From IMG/VR virus record IMGVR_UViG_3300008004_000605: a stretch of 34,250 nt of DNA. One strand, written 5' to 3'. This stretch comes from a virus. Positions 18,128-27,026 of this stretch are shown one piece after another. Position numbers and translations under genes: made by a program. The notes beneath the pieces are model-generated. The model was not told the origin of the DNA and made no database searches. It was given only the letters and a program-made list of their open reading frames with translations. Position 1 is the stretch's first letter. Every line of letters begins with the position of its first letter.

Positions 18128-18934
18128 TTATTCGTTAATTATCTGAATTTTATTTATATAATCTAAAAATCCATTTTGGGATATTTTATATATAAGGTCA
18201 AAATCGTCTTCTATTTTAATATTTTCAATATTGTCTAAGAAGTATGGAATAGCAAATCCAGAGGCATATTTGTTTTTAATTGGATTACTGTTGAAATCTT
18301 CAATACGTTTTTTTGATAAAAATAATATTTCTTCAAGATTTTTATCGTTATTAGACTTAACTAATAATGATAATGCAAAAATATCTGAAAATATTTCATG
18401 ATAAACAGATATTGGAGGTGCTATTTTGAAATCTTTATTTAAACAGTGTATATCTTGTAAGCTTCTAATAGATAACATTGTTAAATTTTCAATTTTTTTA
18501 TTTAATATAGAAATTTTATCTTTTGATAAATCTATTTTCCAATTAATATCATTAGTAAATTGAGATTTATCTAAAACACAATGACCAATTTCATGCCAAA
18601 TAGAGAATGATAAATCATGTTCAAAAGAACTTAATAAAATTGGTTTTTCATTTGGATAAGATACGGTGATAAGACAAGTTTTTGTTTGGGCATTACTTTG
18701 AGAAATATATTTTTTAGAGTTTCCAATATTTAGATTAATTTCACCAGAAACAACATCAACAGAATGGTTATAATAAATAGATAAAGTTTCATCTATTATA
18801 GTGCTATATGTTTGTTCCTGAATTTTATCAGAATAATTAACCGTCAATGTTTTTGTTTGAGAAAAAGAAAAGATTGGGAGCCAAAGCAATAAAGTAATGG
18901 TGTTTTTTAATATTGTTATAAATTTCTTTTTCAT
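18128..18934 (-). CDS. Exported putative zinc metallopeptidase (HExxH plus ExxxD)
   Basis: Signal-peptide-like MKKKF...LLLWLPIFSFS; IWHEIGHC; YHEIFSDIFAL. Confidence 0.6.
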   Translation of the reverse strand: MKKKFITILKNTITLLLWLPIFSFSQTKTLTVNYSDKIQEQTYSTIIDETLSIYYNHSVDVVSGEINLNIGNSKKYISQSNAQTKTCLITVSYPNEKPILLSSFEHDLSFSIWHEIGHCVLDKSQFTNDINWKIDLSKDKISILNKKIENLTMLSIRSLQDIHCLNKDFKIAPPISVYHEIFSDIFALSLLVKSNNDKNLEEILFLSKKRIEDFNSNPIKNKYASGFAIPYFLDNIENIKIEDDFDLIYKISQNGFLDYINKIQIINE

Positions 18935-18964
18935 ATATAATGTTTCATAAATTATTTAATATAG

Positions 18965-19798
18965 ATGAATCATAATATGAAAAAGAAAAATACTCAAGAA
19001 GAAAACAATATATCCTTAAGTGGGAAAGTTATAGATAAAGAGACAATTGTTAAAAATTGGTTACCTAGATATACTGGTATGCCATTAGAGATGTTTAAAA
19101 AGCATATTTTACTTGTTAATTTTAAGCATTATTTAAAGAGCTTCTCTGAACACTATAATGTTCCAATTTATGGAGAGGATAAGGCAATGCAAGTTGCAAG
19201 CTATGATGATATAACAATCATTAATTTTGGAATGGGGAGTGCAAATGCAGCAACAGTAATGGATTTATTGACAGCTATAAAGCCAAAAGCTTGCCTTTTC
19301 CTTGGGAAATGTGGTTCATTAAAAGACAAAATATCAGTGGGTTCTTTATTATTACCAATTGGAGCTATTCGTGGAGAAGGAACAAGCAATGATTATTTTC
19401 CTGAAGTGGTTCCCGCTTTACCAGCCTTTCAACTTCAAAGAGCAGTAAGTCATATTATCAAAAGATATGAGCAGGAGTATTTTACAGGAACTATTTATAC
19501 AACAAATCGTAGAGTGTGGGAGCACGATGAAGATTTTAAGAAAAAATTACATGATATGAGAGCTACAGCAATTGATATGGAAACAGCAACTATATTTATT
19601 ACTGGATTCCATAATGATATTCCAACAGGAGCATTACTTTTAGTGAGTGATCAACCCATGACACCAGAAGGAATTAAAACTGAAAATTCAGATAAGGCTG
19701 TGACTGGAAACTTTTCGCTATTACATTTAAAAATAGGAATGGATTCATTAAAACAAATACGAGATAGTGGAGAATCTGTAAAGCACTTGAAATATTAA
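18965..19798 (+). CDS. amn: AMP nucleosidase, short form (PNP/UDP family)
   Basis: NWLPRYTG, IINFGMGSANAATVMDLL, LFLGKCG, AIRGEGTSNDY, YTTNRRVWEHD, IDMETAT, GALLLVSD.PM.PEG.KT. Confidence 0.9.
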   Translation: MNHNMKKKNTQEENNISLSGKVIDKETIVKNWLPRYTGMPLEMFKKHILLVNFKHYLKSFSEHYNVPIYGEDKAMQVASYDDITIINFGMGSANAATVMDLLTAIKPKACLFLGKCGSLKDKISVGSLLLPIGAIRGEGTSNDYFPEVVPALPAFQLQRAVSHIIKRYEQEYFTGTIYTTNRRVWEHDEDFKKKLHDMRATAIDMETATIFITGFHNDIPTGALLLVSDQPMTPEGIKTENSDKAVTGNFSLLHLKIGMDSLKQIRDSGESVKHLKY

Positions 19799-19827
19799 AA
19801 ACATCAGTTAAAACAAGAGATTTAATT

Positions 19828-20871
19828 TTAACGAAGATTTTGTTTTTCTTGTTTTTTCTTTTTGTCTTTAAAAAATTCTTGGCTATCTAATTTTACCTGA
19901 ATAGCATAACTTGATGCTAATCTTGGATAAAACTCAATACCTGTTAGCTTTTCAACTTCTTGTATTGGAACAACAAAATCAGATAAAGAACATGGATTTC
20001 CGTGACATGTGTATACATTTTTTTGGTCATTAAATTTTTGATTTGTAGTTGTATATATTTCTTTATTAGGGAAAATATAAGAAACAGTTCCATATGTGTA
20101 TGGTTGAGTAATTATTTTATAAAAATGAGTTGGAATAAGAGTTTCTGATTTTGGAAGTTTACCATTAGTTGTTCCATTAAGGTAAATAACTCCAGTAGTA
20201 ACATAAATGATTGTTTTATCCCATGCTAGAAGTCTAGTTTGATATTCTAACTCAGACCAAATTGTATTTGCTAGATTATTAGAAACCATAGGGGCTGTTG
20301 ATGAAAACAAATAGGTTTGATTCATTGCTTTTAAATTTAACTTTTCTAAATCATCTGGCATCAAACTTTCATTATTAATTATTTCATTTTGAAATGGAGT
20401 AAGTGATTTTGATGTATAGATAGAGTTAATGTAGTCTGCTGGAAGCTGTTGCATAATTCCTGGAATATCATCATCAGGCCCAAATTTTGCATCTAAAACA
20501 AATGGTTTCATTTCGAAATTTTTTTTCTCTAAAACTTCACTACTCCAAAGAGGAACCTTTAATAATGGATCAAATTGAACGGCAAATTTACTATTACAAA
20601 TAAATAAAGATCTTTTGTTTACTTGTTTATCTTTTATTCTTGGTGCTCCCCAAGGGTAATTGTCTGGACATTGTCCTTCTTTCATAAATTTTGTTAAGTC
20701 TTTACCTTCAGCTTGGTCAACAGATTTTCCTCCTGGTTTAGAATGAATTAAATCAGAAAAAAAATGACCAAAATCAAAAGCATAGACATTTGATGTCATC
20801 ATAATAGTTGTTAAAAAAAGTCCATTAAGAAGTTTTTTGTTTAAAGTTCTTGCCATTTTAGTTTTTTCCAT
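19828..20871 (-). CDS. Exported DNA/RNA non-specific endonuclease-fold protein lacking catalytic residues
   Basis: Signal peptide (...TSNVYA); FAVQFDP..KVPLWSSEVL, IWSELE, YVTTGVIY, IPTHFYKII, IQEVEKLTGIEFYP. The expected DRGH is replaced by TSKS. Confidence 0.8.
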   Translation of the reverse strand: MEKTKMARTLNKKLLNGLFLTTIMMTSNVYAFDFGHFFSDLIHSKPGGKSVDQAEGKDLTKFMKEGQCPDNYPWGAPRIKDKQVNKRSLFICNSKFAVQFDPLLKVPLWSSEVLEKKNFEMKPFVLDAKFGPDDDIPGIMQQLPADYINSIYTSKSLTPFQNEIINNESLMPDDLEKLNLKAMNQTYLFSSTAPMVSNNLANTIWSELEYQTRLLAWDKTIIYVTTGVIYLNGTTNGKLPKSETLIPTHFYKIITQPYTYGTVSYIFPNKEIYTTTNQKFNDQKNVYTCHGNPCSLSDFVVPIQEVEKLTGIEFYPRLASSYAIQVKLDSQEFFKDKKKKQEKQNLR

Positions 20872-20925
20872 TTAACGTAGTAGTATAAGAATAATAGAAA
20901 AATTAAATTCTGCAAGAGATTTAAA

Positions 20926-21474
20926 ATGAAAAAGCAAAAAGATTGGAAATTAATACTAAACATAACATCTCATCATGGAGTGTTTATTAATGTTGGGGAA
21001 AGGGGTGAGTCCTTAATGACCCTATATGAAAACATTGACGAAATTAAATTAATAAATGATGTTTTAATTCTTTTACCATCAACTCAAGAGTTCGAAAATA
21101 AAGATACAACAAATTATATAAAAAAACTTGCACCATTATTAAAGTCTTTTATTGAAGATAAAAGTAAAAAAACAATAATTACTGAAGAAACGGTATTAAA
21201 TACATTATTAAAAGAAGATAAAAGAACAAGTTTTTTTAAATTCTTAGTTAATAATAAGAAGAATATAGTTGTTTTTTGTAAAACTGATTATGAAAGATAT
21301 ATTAAATCAATTCAACCATCTTATCATTATATATTAATGACCAGTGAAGGGTGGGGGAAAAATACAGAAATGTTTAATAGATTTAAAGATATAAAGATAG
21401 CAATAGAAAAAATTTATAACCCATTTAAAAACCCATTAGTTGCTTTTAAAAAATATGCTGAAGAAAAATCTTAA
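20926..21474 (+). CDS. Hypothetical protein
   Basis: 182-aa open frame with ATG; fills gap between neighbours. Confidence 0.7.
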   Translation: MKKQKDWKLILNITSHHGVFINVGERGESLMTLYENIDEIKLINDVLILLPSTQEFENKDTTNYIKKLAPLLKSFIEDKSKKTIITEETVLNTLLKEDKRTSFFKFLVNNKKNIVVFCKTDYERYIKSIQPSYHYILMTSEGWGKNTEMFNRFKDIKIAIEKIYNPFKNPLVAFKKYAEEKS

Positions 21475-21944
21475 TCAACCCATGTATTACCTATTGATTC
21501 TTTAGGAATTTCTATCTTCAGTGTGTCATCAAAAAAATATTGATCTAAAAGGAAAATCTTTTTCCATATTTCATGTTGTTGATTAAGATTAAGATTATAT
21601 GTATTTCTAATTCTTATAAAAATTTCACTAACTTTTTCAATAAAATTATGATTTTTAATTAGAATAGCATTTTTCTTACTAAACATAATTAATTCATAAA
21701 TATTTTTGGTAATTTTACTTCTATCTACATTGTCAGAAAAGGTTATGGTATCAATTGATAGAGGGTAGTCTTTTGGCTTCGTTAATACTAAGGCTTTTTT
21801 ATTAATAATAATCATAACCTTTAATACTTCAGAAGAAACATCAATAGATAATACAGCACAATTATTTTTTTGTGCTAAAACAATATTTTCATAAAATGAT
21901 GTATATGTTTTTTGAATAAAGTAAATCTTTTTGAAAAAAAACAT
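21471..21944 (-). CDS. Hypothetical protein
   Basis: 157-aa open frame; shares the TTAA stop with the convergent neighbour. Confidence 0.6.
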   Translation of the reverse strand: MFFFKKIYFIQKTYTSFYENIVLAQKNNCAVLSIDVSSEVLKVMIIINKKALVLTKPKDYPLSIDTITFSDNVDRSKITKNIYELIMFSKKNAILIKNHNFIEKVSEIFIRIRNTYNLNLNQQHEIWKKIFLLDQYFFDDTLKIEIPKESIGNTWVD

Positions 21945-22012
21945 ATTTTTAATTTAATAAATAAACACTATTTTAAAGTAAATTTAATAGGGTTATTAAT
22001 TTAAGATTCCGT

Positions 22013-22666
22013 TTAGTTATTATCTTTAGGCATATTAAAATCAACATCTTTAATTGCTTTTAATAATTCTTTATCTTGATTAACATTTTCATTAATTATC
22101 TCTGAAATTAACTCCATATCATCATCAGCAACATCCCTTGTATTAGATGTTAATTCACTACCAAAAAAGATTCTTTGACATTCATCATGAATTATTCTCA
22201 TTACTCTAAAATGCATATGTTTTACACCAAGAATAAATCTTTCTTGTTGCTTATAGCTGTCATATAAATGTGGGACATCAAACTCCCAATCATAAAAGAC
22301 ACGTCCACGAGCAATATCAATAGTTGGATCATTTTTGCTACCCCAAATAGAGTAGACTTCATTATGTGAGTCAGAAGCAAAAGCACCTTGAAGTTCGTCA
22401 TCATTAATGGCTATTCCAATTTTTAATGTGTCTGAAAGTTGCCAAAAAGAATAAAAAACATTAAAGTTCTTATCAAAAAAACTCCCATTAATATTAATAA
22501 TCATATCTCCATATTCACTATTAACAAAAGTATTGGACATGTCTGGAAGAATGTAATATTTATCTTGATTCAAGACAATATCTATTTTAGATGGTGGTCT
22601 ATTAATATGTTCAATAATTTGCTGAAAAAAAACTTCTCTTTTAGACAGAAGGGTATCTTTATCCAT
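22013..22666 (-). CDS. Hypothetical acidic protein
   Basis: AAGGAGA RBS, ATG, upstream promoter TTGACT-16-TAAATT. Confidence 0.8.
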   Translation of the reverse strand: MDKDTLLSKREVFFQQIIEHINRPPSKIDIVLNQDKYYILPDMSNTFVNSEYGDMIININGSFFDKNFNVFYSFWQLSDTLKIGIAINDDELQGAFASDSHNEVYSIWGSKNDPTIDIARGRVFYDWEFDVPHLYDSYKQQERFILGVKHMHFRVMRIIHDECQRIFFGSELTSNTRDVADDDMELISEIINENVNQDKELLKAIKDVDFNMPKDNN

Positions 22667-22707
22667 AGGGTTCTCCTTAATTGAGTAAAATTTAACACTT
22701 TGTGTTT

Positions 22708-22730
22708 AAAAGTCAAGAAAATTGACTTTT
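22708..22730. promoter_or_regulatory. Palindrome AAAAGTCAA-5-TTGACTTTT made of back-to-back -35 boxes
   Basis: Perfect 9-bp inverted repeat between divergent genes 22013-22666 and 22757-23617. Confidence 0.6.
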
Positions 22731-22756
22731 TAATGTAAATTTTTTAATAAGAAAAA

Positions 22757-23617
22757 ATGATAAATAATATCTTCAAAAAATTAAAAAAAGCCCAAAATTC
22801 AATGTCGGTTAAAGATTATTGTATTTATTTTTTAAATATTTTTAATCAAGATTACTCAATATGGTCATTAGAGAAATTAGAGAAGGAAATAAAGAAAGCA
22901 AATGGTGATTTATTTCCAGAATCTATTAATTTATATAATTATTTTCATGATGGAAATTATGAATTTGTAGCAAATTTTATATATTCTTTTCCAAATATTA
23001 AAAAAGAGTGGCTTATGTCAAATACTAATTATTTAGAATTAGATGAGATTGAGATTTATAAAACAATATTTGATAAAAATTCAGAAGATTTTATTTTCAG
23101 TAAATTAATGTTTAATCAAGAAAAAATGCTGTGTGATGATAGTATAAATAAGATAATTACTTATTTGTTTATATTGTTTCTTCCTGGTATTAATAGTGAT
23201 GAATTTTTGTTCCATTTTAAAAAGAATAAACCATTAATATGTTGTGTTAATGTATCAAATAAAAGTTTTGATACTTTATTGGAAATAACTACAGAATATA
23301 TTAAAAAAAATAATTTTACTTATGATAAAAATTTAAATCACTTATTGGTTGGTGACTTTATGACCATAGCGAATGAATTACATGACTTCAATGAAGAAAC
23401 AAAATGGACAGAAATTTTACCAATCTATAAAATAAATAAATTTTTTGATTTAAATTATGGATTTTTAAATATAAGTGATACTATTGATAAAAAAATAATG
23501 ATACTTTTTGAAAATTTACCAACAATACTTTTATTTATAGAAAAAGAATATTCATATTTAAAGTTAAAAAAAGAGTTGTCATCAAGTGATAAAAAAGAAA
23601 AAATCCAAAAAATTTAA
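22757..23617 (+). CDS. Hypothetical protein with KI tail
   Basis: 286-aa open frame; ends LKKELSSSDKKEKIQKI. Confidence 0.75.
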   Translation: MINNIFKKLKKAQNSMSVKDYCIYFLNIFNQDYSIWSLEKLEKEIKKANGDLFPESINLYNYFHDGNYEFVANFIYSFPNIKKEWLMSNTNYLELDEIEIYKTIFDKNSEDFIFSKLMFNQEKMLCDDSINKIITYLFILFLPGINSDEFLFHFKKNKPLICCVNVSNKSFDTLLEITTEYIKKNNFTYDKNLNHLLVGDFMTIANELHDFNEETKWTEILPIYKINKFFDLNYGFLNISDTIDKKIMILFENLPTILLFIEKEYSYLKLKKELSSSDKKEKIQKI

Positions 23618-23634
23618 TTTTGGATTCGTAATTT

Positions 23635-24555
23635 TTAAAATTTCAAATTAAATATTTTAGATTTATCGTAATTTTTGCCATAAATTTTTGTTAAATCATT
23701 GCCATCAAAATATAATATTTGAGTAGTTGGTGACTTTTCAGATAAGATAATAGCCTGTGAGCAATCACTTTCAATAAAATGAGTAAATCCATTCTCTTGT
23801 ATAAATTCAACCTTGGCATTAATTAACGGAGCAAATTTAGTTTTACATAATTCCATAGTTAAAGAATCTTTAGGTATATCTAAGTTTGAAATTCCTGATG
23901 CTGACTGTAGTTTTCTATCAAGACTATCAACATCAAAAATTTCAATCCATTCCCCAAATATTTTTTTCCCTAACGATTGTTCAAATCTTGATTTACAATC
24001 ATGTGATGAAAATCCAAGAGAATGAAATTCTTCAGTTGAAGATTTAATATCATCATTTTGCAATCTATCTAGATGTGTTTGAGGGGTAAATGATCGCCAT
24101 TCCCAAGGTGGTTGAAAAAATCTTTCATGAGTCAATCCACAAATGTCTGGTTTATATTTAGAGTTAACATCAACAAGTGTGGAATATGTAACTAAATTGA
24201 TATTTTCAGAATAGATTTCTTTAAAAAATTTTTGTACTTGAAAAATGGTATCACCTGTTCCACAAATTGAATCAACATACAATAAATTTAAAGTATCAGA
24301 AGTTCTTAATTCTTTTGGTAAAAATAACTCAAAGTCTTTATAGTTTGTTTGTCTTGGAGCACTCAAAACCCCCATGGGAATATCAAGATAGCTTGCGATA
24401 ATTGAACCTGGAATTGTTCCATTTCTTAATTTTGAAACAATTCCATTAAACTTCATAGAATTATCAATCTGATATTTTTCAATTAAATCAAAATGATTCC
24501 AAACAAAATTACCAAAATCTTGATAGTCCATTTGTAAAACTTTTATTGGTAACAT
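23635..24555 (-). CDS. Type I phosphoribosyltransferase (Gpt-like) fused to an extra C-terminal domain
   Basis: IVSKLRNGTIPGSIIASYLDI (compare Gpt IIAVSRGGLVPG), PRPP loop LLYVDSICGTGDT, FFQPPWE; C-terminal FIESD.SQA. Confidence 0.75.
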   Translation of the reverse strand: MLPIKVLQMDYQDFGNFVWNHFDLIEKYQIDNSMKFNGIVSKLRNGTIPGSIIASYLDIPMGVLSAPRQTNYKDFELFLPKELRTSDTLNLLYVDSICGTGDTIFQVQKFFKEIYSENINLVTYSTLVDVNSKYKPDICGLTHERFFQPPWEWRSFTPQTHLDRLQNDDIKSSTEEFHSLGFSSHDCKSRFEQSLGKKIFGEWIEIFDVDSLDRKLQSASGISNLDIPKDSLTMELCKTKFAPLINAKVEFIQENGFTHFIESDCSQAIILSEKSPTTQILYFDGNDLTKIYGKNYDKSKIFNLKF

Positions 24556-24570
24556 ATTTTCTTTCTCCTA

Positions 24571-25686
24571 TTAAGAACTTTTACCATAAACATCATTGGT
24601 TTGAATTGTAGTTCTATAAAATGTAGTTCTCTTTGGTAGTTCTTTTAGATTTTTTGCACCAACATAAGTGCAGGCAGACCTAACACCACCTAAAATTTCA
24701 AGAATAGTTCCTTGAACATCACCACGATATTTAAGTTCAACAACTTTACCTTCAGAAGCTCTATATTCAGCTACGCCACCAGAATATTTATTCATTGCTT
24801 CATCAGATGACATACCATAGAATTTTAAGTGTTTTTGACCATCTTTAATAAATGGTTCCATTTCTGATTCAGTATGACCTGCTAACATACCACCTAACAT
24901 TACAAAGTCAGAATTGGCACCAAAAGCCTTAGCTAAATCAGCAGGTACAGTGCATCCACCATCACTACAAATTTGCCCTTTTAATCCATGAGCAGCATCA
25001 GTAGTATCAATAATTGATGAAAGTTGAGGTCTTCCTACACCAGCCATTTTTCTTGTTGTGCATGCAGAACCTGGACCAATACCAACTTTAAGAATATCTG
25101 CTCCACTAAAGATTAGTTCTTCTACTATATTTCCTGTAACAACATTTCCAGCCATCAATATAATTTGAGGATGTTTTTTACGAAACTCAACACAAAAATC
25201 AACGAAAGATTGCATATATCCATTCGCAACATCAACACAAACCATTTTAATACCATGGTTGTTATGATCTTTAATGTTTTCTTTCCAATATCCAACTTCG
25301 GATAATACTTTTTCAAATTTTAAAATATCTTTATTAACTATTCCCATAGAGTAAAAGCTATGTTGCATAGGGTGTTTATTTTGCTCTAAAAGTTCAATTT
25401 CAGAACTGTCTGTCTTTTTGCCAAAAAATTCAATTAAGCTATTAATAGAATAGTGTTTATGAATGGCTGTCATACATTGGTGTTGTGCTAAGGCTCTTGC
25501 CATAGTCATTGTGCCAACTGTGTCCATATTAGCTGCAATAATAGGAACTCCATGCCATTCATATGATGAATGAGCAAAGTTATAGTGCTTTACGAGAGAT
25601 ACATCTGACCTAGATGACAAGGATGACCTTTTGGGTTCAATTAAAACATCTTTAAAGTCCAATTGTAGTTCATTTTTTATTTGCAT
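24571..25686 (-). CDS. guaC: GMP reductase
   Basis: LDFKDVLIEPKRS, PIIAANMDTVGT, VDVANGY, KVGIGPGSACTTR, SDGGC, FYGMSS, YRASEGK, GGVRSACTYVGA. Confidence 0.96.
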   Translation of the reverse strand: MQIKNELQLDFKDVLIEPKRSSLSSRSDVSLVKHYNFAHSSYEWHGVPIIAANMDTVGTMTMARALAQHQCMTAIHKHYSINSLIEFFGKKTDSSEIELLEQNKHPMQHSFYSMGIVNKDILKFEKVLSEVGYWKENIKDHNNHGIKMVCVDVANGYMQSFVDFCVEFRKKHPQIILMAGNVVTGNIVEELIFSGADILKVGIGPGSACTTRKMAGVGRPQLSSIIDTTDAAHGLKGQICSDGGCTVPADLAKAFGANSDFVMLGGMLAGHTESEMEPFIKDGQKHLKFYGMSSDEAMNKYSGGVAEYRASEGKVVELKYRGDVQGTILEILGGVRSACTYVGAKNLKELPKRTTFYRTTIQTNDVYGKSS

Positions 25687-25752
25687 ATAGTTCCTTGTTA
25701 TAATGTAATGATATGTTAATTTGTTATTTTAGAAAAATCAAGAATAATAAAT

Positions 25753-26160
25753 TCAATATTTTTCTTGAATAAAATTTTTAAATGATTTTAGTCGTAGAAT
25801 TGCTTCTTCAATTTTATTATCTGTAATTGTTTTTTCTCGAATAATAATAGCAATTTGAAATATTTCTAGCCATGATAATTCCTCTTGAAATTTTAATTTA
25901 TAATCGTATATTGACTTTAACTCTTTAGAAAAAATAATTGTAAAATCATGAACGGAATATTCGTTATTTGGAATAAGATTTTCTTTAACCTTACGAAATA
26001 AAATTTCTTTTCTAAATATAAGATTTTCAGAAAGTCCAAATAATATATGATGTTCATCAACAAAAGAATTTTTTATAAATTGTTCTTTTGTATTAACAAA
26101 TCCAGCAATTAAATCAATTCCACCAAAATTTTTAAATAAATAAATATGAGAATCTTTCAT
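25753..26160 (-). CDS. Hypothetical protein (start likely ATG 26160)
   Basis: Open frame; the track TTG start at 26181 is less likely than the ATG seven codons later. Confidence 0.6.
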   Translation of the reverse strand: MKDSHIYLFKNFGGIDLIAGFVNTKEQFIKNSFVDEHHILFGLSENLIFRKEILFRKVKENLIPNNEYSVHDFTIIFSKELKSIYDYKLKFQEELSWLEIFQIAIIIREKTITDNKIEEAILRLKSFKNFIQEKY

Positions 26161-26217
26161 GAAAAACCTTTCTATTGCCAAAAAAGCTTAATGGTAAAAA
26201 GATAAAAAGTAAATAGC

Positions 26218-26937
26218 TTAATAGGTTTTTGGTCTTATTTTTTTAGTTTCATTTTCAGAAATATGACGGTGCTCTTGTGGAAAATGTTTTTCTGTAAATT
26301 TTGAATCAATATCATGAATATGTTTAATAACTCCGATATCTGGATTTAATTGCATGTTCTTAATTTCGTTAACTAATTCTTTGTTAGGATAGTCTTGAAG
26401 AGATATATTAATTTGACGATAAGAAGATGGAATTTCTTCTTTTAACATAAGCATAGAAGCTACAAATTTACTTTTTTCAATCATTGTTGTTGAAACCATA
26501 TCTCCATATGCTGCGCAATAAGTATGAAGGTGCTCAATATTCATAAATTTATCTTTAATTCTTGTGGAACATAATTCAGACAATATTTTTCTAGAAACTT
26601 CTATTGTGGCCATATTGTCATCTTTTGTCATTTGTCTTGGTAATATTTTTTCAATAAAAGTAAATTGTCCATCTTGTATTTTAGATGAACGATTTTCATT
26701 TTTTGCTATTTGAGACTCCAATAATTCATCGTAACTTAAGTCTGGCATAAGGGGATGTCCATATCTACCAGAATCAACACCAATTCTAACTTTTTCAGCA
26801 ACAACATCTAGTGCCATTTCTCTATACATGTTTTCTGTAATTTCAAAAGATGGGAATTTAAAAATAATAGGAATGAGCTTTCCATTTGTGAAGTTAGTTT
26901 CACAAAATTCAATAACAGCCTTTAAATGAGTTCCCAT
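26218..26937 (-). CDS. Hypothetical protein with basic C-terminus
   Basis: AAGG RBS, ATG, 239 aa; ends ENETKKIRPKTY. Confidence 0.75.
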   Translation of the reverse strand: MGTHLKAVIEFCETNFTNGKLIPIIFKFPSFEITENMYREMALDVVAEKVRIGVDSGRYGHPLMPDLSYDELLESQIAKNENRSSKIQDGQFTFIEKILPRQMTKDDNMATIEVSRKILSELCSTRIKDKFMNIEHLHTYCAAYGDMVSTTMIEKSKFVASMLMLKEEIPSSYRQINISLQDYPNKELVNEIKNMQLNPDIGVIKHIHDIDSKFTEKHFPQEHRHISENETKKIRPKTY

Positions 26938-27026
26938 TTTATACCTTTATATTTTTTATAAGTTGTTATTATTTTAATTGATTATTTTTAAAAGGCAAAT
27001 AAGAAGGTGTTAATATTTAAATATTT

